Shown here piece after piece: positions 13,065-24,652 of a DNA stretch of 64,000 bases (its first letter is position 1; each line of letters opens with the position of its first letter). The position numbers and the translations under genes were made by a program. The notes beneath the pieces are model-generated. The model saw only the letters and a list, made by a program, of their open reading frames with translations, made no database searches and had not been told where the DNA came from. Source of the DNA: Antedon mediterranea (Eukaryota > Animalia > Echinodermata); assembly GCF_964355755.1 (NCBI RefSeq), contig NC_092671.1:18848001-18912000 (forward strand), read 5' to 3'.

Positions 13065-13837
13065 TTCACATTATTTAGATATTTAATTACTCAAAAATTT
13101 ACAAACAATTTATAATCTTCAATAACCTCTTTCAAGCCCATCGCCATAGTCATATGCTTGGAGAAAGTGGGCCTGGGGGTACTTTAGCTCTTTTTTCTCC
13201 GGTTCTTTTTGATTTAGCATTTATCAGTGCGATAGCCCAGTTTAAATCATTCTTCCAACATTAGCATATTGTTCCTCTACTATGTTCATTTGTCAGATGA
13301 AAGCTTTTTCTGTGCTTCTTCCACTTTGATTTTCATGATGGTTCCTCTGTAAATAAAAAAAATAGTCACGAATAAGTGAAAATGTCTCCCAAGTATTAGT
13401 AGAAAAAGGAATTACGTATGGTGCTTCTTAGCCAGCATAGCATCTATTACCTTAATGAAGTAAATTACCTGTCATTGACAATTTAGATTTTGCTAGCTGA
13501 CTGTATTGTTTCAGAGAGTCCCATGAAAACCAATCCTGCCAAACTTGATGATCCTCAACTTGAGCTTTTATAGCTGGAAGGCCTTGATCGAAATCAAAAT
13601 CCAGAGCTACTGATGATGCAAGAACCTAGTTTTAAATCCTCAGTGGACATGACTTTTTTTTATAAACTGTTAGTATGAACTGCAGATACTGTTGTTTCAC
13701 ATGGGCCTATTCATACCTTATTAAAAAAAATTCTGTGAGATTCGATCCACTACCAGTACCACATACTTTACATACGTTCGTAGGTTTTTATTGAATAAAA
13801 ACTAGTTGTGCTGGATTGAAATATTAGCTAGTAAATG

Positions 13838-15480
13838 TGTAATGTGAAACATGTATCTTCACTGTTGTGTTTTATGTTATATATTATTTATCTTGATAGG
13901 TGAAGTAGTGTTCTTTCAAAACGATTTGCGTTCAAAATTACGAACCAACGATTGAAACCGGCTTGTTGCTTGAGATTTGTTGTTGGGTAATTTATATATT
14001 GGCTTATGGAAAGAAAGTGGAGCAAATCAGTTGCCTGTCTTGTTATTTTGAACTCTGTCTTCATCGATTTTAGAAACTTAACAGACATTTCAATGTGTAA
14101 GTCATTTTCCCACCTCGTAAAAATGTTAGCACCAGGTTTTAACATAAATGTGAAAACATGATAACCACGTCAGAATCGTCAACCACGTCCAGGCTAAACT
14201 AAAACGAGCCTAAACAAAACTAAACACATAATAAGTGTAAATCAAGGCAATCAACGTATACTATAACTATCTAATTAACAACTAATCTAATGTTTTAATT
14301 ACTTACATCTATAATTCGAACAAAAGAGACTTATTTGAGCGGGTAATTCATCTAAGTAACATTACTCCGCATTCTGTCATCTTCCTCTGCCGCTAGGTGT
14401 CGGTATCATCTAATTCTACTATAACATACATCCCCCCCCCCCCCCTTACGTTAAATGGTTGTCCTCATACAAAATACCACAAACAATAATATTAAAACAA
14501 TGTTGTAATATAAATTAATACAGTTGGTTATTCTTATACTAAAGTTTCCAGCACATAATCATTGAACTTAGCTGGCCGTCGGACTGTACGCTTTGATCTG
14601 GTCTCGGCTTTCACTTGGGAATCTTCGTCCCCATCAGACAAACCATTGGACGAAACATCTCCGTTACTTGTAGTAGATATACCATCAAATGTACAAAGTT
14701 GCAACATATTGCGATGGAGCGTACGTTCAACACCATCCACTTTCCGACGAACACGATATACATTATCAGCAACACGAGATATGAATTCATAGGGTCCTCT
14801 TCCCACTTGTCCTGAATCTTGTGTTTACCCCGCAACGATTTATTGGCCCCCAATATGATCTGTCAAGGGTGGAACAGTTTTTCTTTTGCAGTACGATTAT
14901 AATGGCTTACTTGCTTATTTCTGGCTAAGTCTGCTGATCTATTAGCTAAATCGTATGCAGCCTTTAGTTCTTGTTTAATACGTTCTACAAAGTTCGACGG
15001 CGAAACAACTTCGTCTCCATCATTCTGGTTTACTGGACATGCCAAGTCCAATGGAATTAAAGGCTCTCGTAAGTTGAAGAGATAAAACGGTGTTAATCCT
15101 GTAGATGCATGAACAGTTGTGTTGTAGGCGAAAGTCAAAGACGAAATTCTATCTGCCCACTTTGGTTTTTGCCCTGGATCTAGAGTACCCATCATATTAA
15201 GTAAAGTAGAATTAAACCTCTCTGTCATACCATTACCCTGCGGATGATAGGGCGTAGCATTATTGGGACCTCTCTAATCTTGTGGACTTAAGGTGAGTCA
15301 CGTCCTATCAACAAAAGAATTTCCACCTCAGGATCCAAGTGTATTTACTGTAGCAATTGTTTGCAGATGCGGAAACAGCTCTTCTACTTCTGCTGTAAGT
15401 ATCTCCGACCTGCTACCTTGAAAATTCAACTCACTCAAGTATGTTATAAATTGGGATCTTCAGCCTCTTATCTTGGCGGC
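13838..15480 (-). mobile_element. Gypsy LTR-retrotransposon 3' remnant (integrase, PPT, 3' LTR ~13838-14430)
   Basis: ORFs 14863-15228 (ERFNSTLLNMM...YNTTVHASTGLTPFYL) and 14534-14806 (GPY...LHRNML); G-run polypurine tract at 14431-14447 abutting TGTATG; candidate LTR end CATTACA at 13838. Confidence 0.75.
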
Positions 15481-15635
15481 CGATTGTTTTGACAGAATTT
15501 TTTTGGTTGCTTTGGTTAAGCTGTAATTAGCAGTATATGTTCACTAAAATTCTTTCAGGCAACGGAGTGAATTATATGGACATCAGACAACATATTTAGA
15601 AGTTAGAAGCAAATTACTAAGAAAAGTCGACCGAT

Positions 15636-17240
15636 TCAACCAACCCCTTCATCACCCTTACTTTTACTTGCAGATTTCTCTTTTTCTGGGGTGTCGGTCA
15701 GAATTGCAGATTTTAAAGTTTTTCTGCTGTGGCCTTTGTTTTTTCTTGGTGGAGCAACTGGAAATGGCCGAATAGTTTTTGGGCTAAATAGCAATCCTCG
15801 GCATGCAGTAGATGTGGACGGTTCATCCTCTACAATTTCATTGGGTGTTGATAGTTGACTTGCATTGACGACAGATGGTGGAATTTCAAAATCATGACAC
15901 TGGCTCATTTTCTGCAATTGGTTCATCTTCTGTAATCTTCTGCCCCTGCCTCTGGGTAAATGAAAATATTCCACACTTGCAGAACCCATTTATGTTTATA
16001 GGCGTATTTGCCTTAGAGAGTGCCTCTTTTACCACACCTGGGATGTCATAGATTGTCATTCTTTCACCGGGATGAGTCTTCATCCATAAATCCTGTGCAG
16101 ACGTACAGTATGTCTTAAATGGACACGCTCCTATCCAGTGGCTGGAGTTTGTGACTTGTGTGGGCTGGAAAGGAAAGCATGACAATACCATTTTCCTTAG
16201 CAAAGTCAAGGGTTTCTATTGACAAGTGTGGTCCTGCATTGTCCAATAATAATAACACTGGATTCTCTTAAATGGCCTTAAAAAATTGGCGAAGTCTTTC
16301 ATAAAAGCAAGGAAGTCATCTTCTTGCATCTATCCGGATCCATTCGCTCTACCAATGCTTCCTGGTGGTCCATCACGGATTAAATAGTCCTGATACCTAA
16401 CCCGAGGAAATATGAACATAGGTGTTGTTGCATACCTACTGTGTTTATTGCTTGGCACACAGTAACTAGAACACCTCGCTCAGCACTTACAATAGCTCTG
16501 ACTTGCTTTTCTCCATTTTTAGCGACAACCTTTGATGGCTTTTGCACTGTTGTTGCCCCGGTTTCGTCCAAATTCCATATATCATTTGGAGCAAATTTGT
16601 GCCTGTCCATTAAACTGCAGCCAGTTTGTCAACAAAGTTTGAAACATTGTTCCGGTTTAAAATTCATTGCTCTTGCTAAAGAGCTTCTGCAGCTCTTATA
16701 CTAATGTTTGGGTGACGCTTCATAAAAGAACAAAACCAATCCTTCTCCGCTTTCTGGTTTTCAGTCCAACTTTGTGGCAAATCTACTTCATATGCTATGG
16801 CCAGCTCATATGCAATGCAAACTTCCTTACATCATCTAGTGTCAAACCAAAGTACATAGCAGCAGCTCTCAATATATATTGAACCAGAATTTTCTCGTGG
16901 TTTTCGATAAATGGACATATCCAACGTGTGTGTCAGTTAATGCTCTTGTCACTTCAAGAGGGATATTCAAAGTACCATCGGCATCTGAAAATATAGTTTA
17001 ATGTATACAGTTAATAAATAGTAATATTTTAATACCTTATTACATTTTCATACATTTCAATATCCATACCTTTCTTTAGTTTGTTGACAAGCCTTTGGAG
17101 TGTACTGTAATTGACATCAAAGTCTTTTGATACTGATCTTACAGACAGGTTCTCCAACATCACAATTCATGCTGCTCGTTTCAAAATTTCTGGGTTTTTC
17201 CCCCGGTTCGGTTTTTTTCTTATGAGTTCTAGGCATTACT
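15636..17240 (-). mobile_element. pogo/Fot1-like DDE transposase pseudogene
   Basis: Psq-type HTH at ~17070-17236, IWNLDETG (16380-16610), HTSHKLQPLD-like motif in a shifted frame near 16140-16170, FCKCGIF, SAILTDTPEK tail; many frameshifts. Confidence 0.8.
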
Positions 17241-18108
17241 GTACAGTATGTTGATAACTGAAAAATGCAAACGGAAGATCATTAGAATTGAATTGGAAAA
17301 GTTTAAAACTACATAAATTAACATAAACAATGCACATTATTATCTTGGGGTTGGTTGCATCACGTGATGGGGTAGGTTGCATCACCTGATTCAACCGACC
17401 CCATAGGCACAGACAGCATTAATTCATGTCATAGAAAAAAAATATGTGGCTCAACCAAGAAGCTTACCATATAATATTTTACCCTAATATATGTGTTATA
17501 TAGATTTCAGGAAAAACAATCAGTATAAATAAAAAAAACAAATAAAAAAATCTTTACAAATCTGTAAATTTACTTACATACAGGCATAAATCGAGCTGGG
17601 TTTTTAGAACAATAGGTTAACAAGCATGTACAGTATCGGGATGTCAACGTTATATGGCACCGCTTGCGTTAGGTCATTAATAATTAATATACATGAGCAA
17701 GGAAAAATTGAATATTTATAAACCTTCTAGAAATGCGCGAAATCTGATATTTCTATTCTGCATCATATACAGTACCATGGACAAACCACCTTGGGCAAAT
17801 TTGTTTACGTCCATTTCGGGTGACCATTTAACAGGATGGGTTTCTACAGTGAAGGAGTACGAAGAAGTGGAAAAAGTATATGAAAGTACCAAATCATTGC
17901 ACTTTGTGGGCCATAAAAAGGGAAATTTCTGTTAGGTTGCTTTTCCTTCCTCCTTCGATGATTGCAAGGACAAGGTTAATAATAATGAGCCAATGCCGAC
18001 AGGGGGCAGGGCCAGGCGAGCTGCCTGAAGAAACATTAACTTTAGAATTCTTAATTGTGTTAAATACCTTTACAACTTGTAATAATATATAATTTACAAT
18101 AACTGTGT

Positions 18109-18608
18109 TAAACTGGTGCCCATAATACTTAAATGGTGCCCATGTTAAATTTTATTATTAAAAAATAAAGCTTTGCCCATCATACTCAAATGGTGCCCAT
18201 GTTCAACTTTTATTATTAAAATATACTAAAGTGGTATCCATCATGATACTCAAATGGTGCCTATGTAAACTTTTATTATTAAAACAAATAAAGTGGTGCC
18301 CATCATACTTATATGGTGCCCATATTAACTTTTATTATTAAAACATACAAAAGTGGTGCCCATCATACTTAAATGGTGTCCATGTTAACTTTTTTTAAAC
18401 ATACTAAACTGGTACCCATAATACTTAAATAGTGCCCCATATTAACTTTTATTATTAAAAAATACTAAACTGGTACCCATAATACTTAAATGGTGCCCAT
18501 GTTAACTTTTTTTATTAAAACATACTAAAGTGGTGCCCATAATACTTAAATGGTGTCCATTGTAACTTTTATTAATAAAACATACTAAACTGGTACCCAT
18601 CATACTTA
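18109..18608. repeat. ~60-bp minisatellite, ~8 copies
   Basis: Unit approx. AAACTGGTGCCCATAATACTTAAATGGTGCCCATGTTAACTTTTATTATTAAAACATACT, each with two TGGTGCCCAT subrepeats. Confidence 0.9.
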
Positions 18609-18659
18609 CTGTAATAAAAACAAGACTCTAATTTTTCATCATTCATCCATATGTGTTGT

Positions 18660-20160
18660 TGCACACATTATGTAATATTATTTTTCTGTAAACTCTGTTA
18701 CTTTACCACAAATTTGATGAACCCAGTGGTTACAAATGTCACACTGAATCCAGTTAATCTTGCCTGATGGTTTCTGGCAGAACGGTAGGCCACACATTAC
18801 ATTGCGATTTGGACTGCAATTTTCAACAATCTCCTGCTTAATGTATGCTCTGTATTTCTTGCAGTGATGCTGTCGCATTATTGAAGGCGTTTTCTTTGTA
18901 ATTAAAGCTTTGGCATTCTACAAGAATATAGAAAACAAGTGCGGTCATTATTCAGCAATATGCCAGAAAAGTGCAGAATATTTCGAAAATAATGATACGC
19001 CCTCATATATATATAATAATTGTCTAAGACAATAATTTAAACTGTTACCTGATCATTCAGCCATTTTTTGGGATTTAGTGTTGCAAGGTCAGTTTGATAT
19101 GTTGTTCTTGATTTTCATTGTATGATGAACCTCCCGTTTCCTGCTATTTGAAGTTGTTTTCATGTGTTGGCTGGTTTTCTAACATTTCAGCAACATCAGG
19201 AATGGACATATCTAACACTTCCATTAGGCAAAGCATGGCGGTCACCAACTGAGCAATGTCAGTCTTACATTGTATCTTTTCTGTGACCATCCTGGAATTA
19301 ACTTCGTCATACAGTCTATCATATGTTTGTTCATAATAGAGCGCCTCCAGTACAACACCATGGGCTGGATTCTTTGGTTGGATAAAATCTTTGACATCCT
19401 TGTGCCTGTGTAATTTGCGATATTAACAAGATATTTGATTGTACTGATATCTTCAATAAAAAAAATTTTTAAATACATTTATATCACTCTCATGATATGT
19501 ATTGTATTTAGAATCCCTAATCTTGTTACTCTGCAGTTTGTCAGAATAAACCTTAGACTGCGCATTGGCATTTTTTGTATTAGTAGCATTATTACCATTT
19601 TGGTATTCAGAAAACTTAAAAAGAAAACCTCACCTTTCTTGTTGTTGGATAGAACTGTTTAGCTAGTACTAGAAGACACTGTTTTCTTCTTTCCTTTTGT
19701 CGTTTTTAGATGCTTTATGGATGAAGAGCATTCAACTTCAGGTGCTGGTAAATGAACTGAAAATACATGTAAACTAGGTTTTTACTGCTATCATGATTTT
19801 TTCACACCAATTTGGTACTAAAATTTTTAATCTAATTATCTAATGCATGTATAATATTTCACATATGGTTATAATTTGTCCTTTTTTTTAAATAAATAAA
19901 ATGAAAATCAACCTACAAAGTCATTCAAACTCTGATGTATTAAGATTAAATAAACGCTAAGAATTTGAATTTTAAACCTGTGCAAAAGATGTCGTTGAAA
20001 CTCTGTTTGGTGGGAAATCATCTTCATCAGTCACACTGACTTCAAAATTGCCCATTGTGTGCTCGGTTGCAAGCGTCAGGTGGAACCTATCAGATGGATG
20101 TTGCTTCTGCCAATCCTCAACCTGTTTAAGGTTTTCCTGATCTAGCTTTCAGTACCTAAA
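18660..20160 (-). pseudogene. Decayed intron-containing transposon-type gene: MULE/CARF-like segment, Ulp1/SENP N-terminal motif, C-terminal PHD finger
   Basis: LDQENLKQVEDWQKQHPSDRFHL (~20080-20145); TDLATLNPKKWLNDQ followed by GT donor at 19048; last exon from 18917 NAKALIT...YRAYIKQEIVENC...CGLPFCQKPSGKINWIQCDICNHWVHQICG. Confidence 0.55.
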
Positions 20161-21711
20161 CATGATGTAAATAATAATTTTGATAATAATCTCGGGTAAA
20201 TTCACAAAAGAGGGTCCAATGCTAAGTAGTTACTTCACTTATCATAATATAACTTTCAAAGGTGAACATAATACACTTTTACAGTCTACTCCTTTCTGAG
20301 GATTTTATTTTTTTTTATGATTAAAACAGTGTTAGATCAGAAAAAGAAATACAAAAAAAAACTCTCTTCACAGTAAATTAGGTCCAGCGCATGTGAATAT
20401 CATTTGAATAGGTGTACTTGCAAATGACATGTTTAATTTTAGAAAGATTATTTTTGGCCGAGCAAAGCATATTTTTTTTTTGTTATCTAGAAAATTATTA
20501 AATTCGTATATGTGAAGTAATAAAATAGGATGATCTTTAAAGTTTTACTGGATATACTAACCTAAGTGTCATAATTGCACTATAAATGTGATTCCGTAAA
20601 GTTTGATCATTAGGGTAAAATCCAGTGTTTCTTGTCGCAGGTAGTGTCTGCGGATCAGGGAACAGTACGTATATTTTTATATGCCTCTTCATCTTCGACG
20701 GTTTTGTTGGTAGTTTTAGACTAATTTTCAAAGTGCGTGGTGGGTCCGGAATGTTAAATAATGTCACGTGGGCACCGCATTCCACACTAATCGTCCCGTA
20801 AACTCCAAAACTTGTGAATGTTCAAAATGAAGGCTACATAAATGGCACTTGCGGTGAATGTAGGAAATTGTTTTTTTTTTATCAAGTCTGAACGTTTTGT
20901 GTTTACGGCCCATCTGGCACACCTGAATTATTGAAATACGGTTTAATGAGTATAATTTTATTAATGATAAATTGACTCTTGATAATGATACTCATAGGCC
21001 TATTTTTACCAATAATAAAAATCAAATCGATAATATTAGATAAAGGCATAGACTACATAAATATCAGGCCTATCCATTTAATATAGGCTTAAGTATATGT
21101 AATATAAATATAGGCCTAGCCTACCCTACTATGGCTTAGGTCAATAAAACATAAATTAACAGGCACAGAAAAAATTTTAAACTTCCAGGTGATATGCAGA
21201 TGTTATAAACACATCCCCAACAAGAACAGGATTTGAAAAACGAAACACCAGGACGTCAACAGGGGACTAAAGAGTCCCGAATAACATAAAAATTGCCATA
21301 ACAACTGAACAATGGGCAGGAGCATCCATGATGCGGAAACATGAAGAAAGAAATAAGTAAAACAACTCCCTACAAGCCATGCGGCATAGGGTATCCACTG
21401 GGTTGCTGGCCGGCACCGCGTTCCCAGACTGCCCCCCGGAAGAGAAAACATTTGGGAACACCGTTCTAGGGTACTGAATTACAGAATTGAGAAAAGAAGG
21501 CACAAGCCTATGGGGAATTTCTTTTACTGTTTTTTTTGGGGAGTTTTTTTTTCGGTTTTTCTTTTCTTCACTCACCTAACTCTTCGGCGAGAGACAGTTT
21601 GCTCGATGCACATCCGGTGCATGCGAGTCACTGCATCACGTAGAGCGCTGTTTGAAGATGTGAGGGAAGCTGCCGCTACACGTTGGTTTGCTTTGTATGC
21701 TTCCCACAAGA

Positions 21712-21715
21712 GATT

Positions 21716-21750
<35 letters not shown>

Positions 21751-22628
21751 ATCAATATTTATAAAGCGTCAATTCAAAGACCGAGGTACAAAATCAAAGG
21801 CGCTGGGCATGTTAGTGGTCGAAAAAATGAGTTTTGAGCAATTTTTTAAATAAGGCAACAGAAGAGCAGTGTTTAATTTGTGGGGGAGTGAATTCCAGAG
21901 TGTGGGCGCTGCAAAAGAAAACGATCTATGACCAAAGGTTTTAGTGGCTATGCGTGGAACAGAGAGTAAAAAATCATCAGATGATCTAAGAGTCCGTCCA
22001 GGAACATAAAAGGTGATTAATTGACGGATGTAAGCAGGTTGGTTGAAAAGAAGTGCTTTAAAAGTAAGGAGCAAGATTTTAAATTTGATTCGATTGTCAA
22101 TGGGGAGCCAGTGAAGTTCTCGAAGAACAGGTGAAATGTGAGAACGACGGTTAGTGAACGTAATGATACGAGCAGCCGAGTTCTGTAGTCGTTGAAGACG
22201 ATTAATTTGAAAATTCGGAAGGGCATAGAACAGAGAATTGCAATAATCAAGACGAGAGGAGATAAAACCATGAATGATAGAGGATGTGGAGCGTATCGAA
22301 AGAAAATGTCGAATGTGTGCAATATTGCGAAGATAAAAGTTTACTGATTTAGTACAGTAATATAACTGATGTGTGCTTGCATGTTTAGAGATTCGTCAAG
22401 TTTTATACCAAGATTAGTAACTAATTGAGACGGATGTATGAGTGATGAGCCAATAGTAATAAAATGGGGTGCTATTTTGGTACGAATATGATTAGTACAG
22501 AAAATGATGTATTCAGATTTATTATCCTTTAATTTGAGGAGATTGGTTGAAAGCCAGGTATGGATGTCTTTAAGGCAATTCTCAAGGCGTTCAATAACAA
22601 TAAGTGGATTATGTGGATCAAAAGGAAC
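21712..22628 (-). mobile_element. L2-clade LINE, 5'-truncated, with (AAT)n tail
   Basis: ORFs 22341-22721 (LENCLKDIHTWLSTNLLKL) and 21769-22074 (LSVPRIATKTFGHRSFSFAAPTLWNSLP); ATT repeat at 21712-21750 is the 3' tail. Confidence 0.85.
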
Positions 22629-24652
22629 ATACTCGTCCGATTGTCCGGCTGTTGGGCGTGGAACGGGAACGGTCTGTGGACGAGGTGGTTCCGAGGCGCC
22701 CATGCTAGCAACAGCGCCCATGGGTGCTGTCGCCAGAAATGGGGGTGCCGGTGCCGGTCTTGGTGTTGCCGGTACCCTCTCCCACCCTTGACATCGCCCC
22801 TTGACATCGCCGTGGATGTCAGAAAGAAGTGCCGCAGGAAATCATGTGCTTTTCGAAACGTGGCGATCCCCCTTGGGAGAAGGCCGATGAGCGCTCACGC
22901 AGGTACTCCCACGCTGCGTTCAACTCAAACACGAAATCCGCCACCATTGCTGGGGCATGGCTGGTGGCCAAGTGTTCCGCTGCATTACCTTGAACCCGGC
23001 AGGAGGAACGAATTGGACACATATAGTGCCACTTCTTCGCCACATGGGTGTTGCGATCCATTGGACCGTTTTTCCGTCGACGCTCCGGCAGCTACAGCTG
23101 GGTTCGCTATCTTCTTGATGCTGACGGGCTTGAGGCCGGTCGACTTCTTGGTGATGACGGGATCGAGGCCGGTCGGCTTCTTGATGCTGACGGGCTCGCC
23201 CCTGGTGTCTTGTGCACAGGTAGCCGGGACCTTCAGACGAAAGTCATGGCACGGGAATGTCGTCTTTACCGTTTCTTTCCGCAGGAAACGCGTCACCAGC
23301 TCCCCCACCGTCTTCGATCTAGGTGGAAACGGGTGGATGGCGAAGATGATGCAATCCCGCCCGATGGTGGCCACAACCTTGGCTTGTAGCAGGATCCCTT
23401 TTCTTGTGAGACTCTGGGCCTCGAGGCGAGCATCCATCGAAAGGTCGGCCTTGGGTGTTATGCCAGCCACCTCCGCTGTCAAATCCGCCCCTCATGCGCC
23501 GGATCCAAAGAGTCTGTGCGAGCGCAACTCGAGGTGTCGAAGAGGAGAGTATTGACGGCGATGGCGAACGGAGAGGCAACACCGGGTCCTCGCTCTTCAG
23601 TTCTTCCTTCTTTCTCTCTTCTTCTTTCTTCTCCAGCGGGCGGCACATCTCTGCCCCAGGGTCAAGAGAGGCGCAGGCCTGGAGGACATCTCGGTGGGAG
23701 GCGGGTTCTTTCCCAGAGGGTAAGGAGCAGGTCTCGTCCCCGGTCGTTTCTACCGCTACCTTAGGGGGTAGCGGGGTGGTTGGCGATCCAGAGGGCCGGG
23801 CAGGGGTGGTGAGCAAGGAAGGAAATTCCTACTCTACCTGGTCTGCTCAGTCCATCGGCATCACAGCATCCGCATAACTTTTTGGTTTCGCCATTACAAA
23901 TCTGAAAAATATAACAAACACACTTTTCCAATCGTGGTGATTATGGATTACATTGTTAGGTAGGCCAGGGTGGGACGTTTAAAGACTATGCGGTACATTT
24001 AAATCGATCGATGTCGATAGCTTCTGCTGGAGTAATGTTGTGCTGGTGGTCTGGTCAAACATAGACCTTGTCGCCAACTGCGTATGTACGCTCTAGTAGT
24101 TTCAGGTCGTATTGGTATTTATTGCGCTTCTGCATTGAATTTAGATGTGTCCTTACAATATCATATGCTACCTTCATAATATGTTCTACTAGGCTAGTTG
24201 TAGAAATGTCTGTAAGTACTGTTATATCTGGTTCGGCAGTAGGTAGGTAGAACGACAGACGGAATGAAACAAGTAGTCAGCATGTAGAACTCAAGGTAAC
24301 GTTTAATCCTCTACAGTATTGGTGTTGAGGTTGCAAAATGGCAAGGTGTCAATGTGGCAATTTGGCAATGTGTGTTCATTTATCACTACAAATACAAAAT
24401 AAATAGAAACGGATAATTAACAGTAGTACCGGTAATATTAGCATACTGGTCACGTGACCTAACCTGTCCGAGCAAGAGAAGCTCTCGCTGAATACAAAAC
24501 AATGGCAACAACGTGCGACGGCCTGGAGTAGACATTACCCAAACTGACTAGAATATAACTTTTAAATCTTCTTATTAACAATTACAGCCTATTACCAGGA
24601 TTCCTAGTTTATATAAAAACAAGTACTCTACCACCTTCAAATTTAATTCAAC

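Noticed and set aside
18109-18608. CRISPR-like repeat-spacer pattern
   Set aside because: The intervening segments are themselves repeated; ordinary minisatellite.
21203-21710. Overlapping 82-102 aa ORFs
   Set aside because: No recognisable domain or splice structure.
22560-23877. Plus-strand ORFs of 331 aa and 140 aa
   Set aside because: Antisense shadows of the GC-rich minus-strand retroelement ORF; no recognisable motifs.
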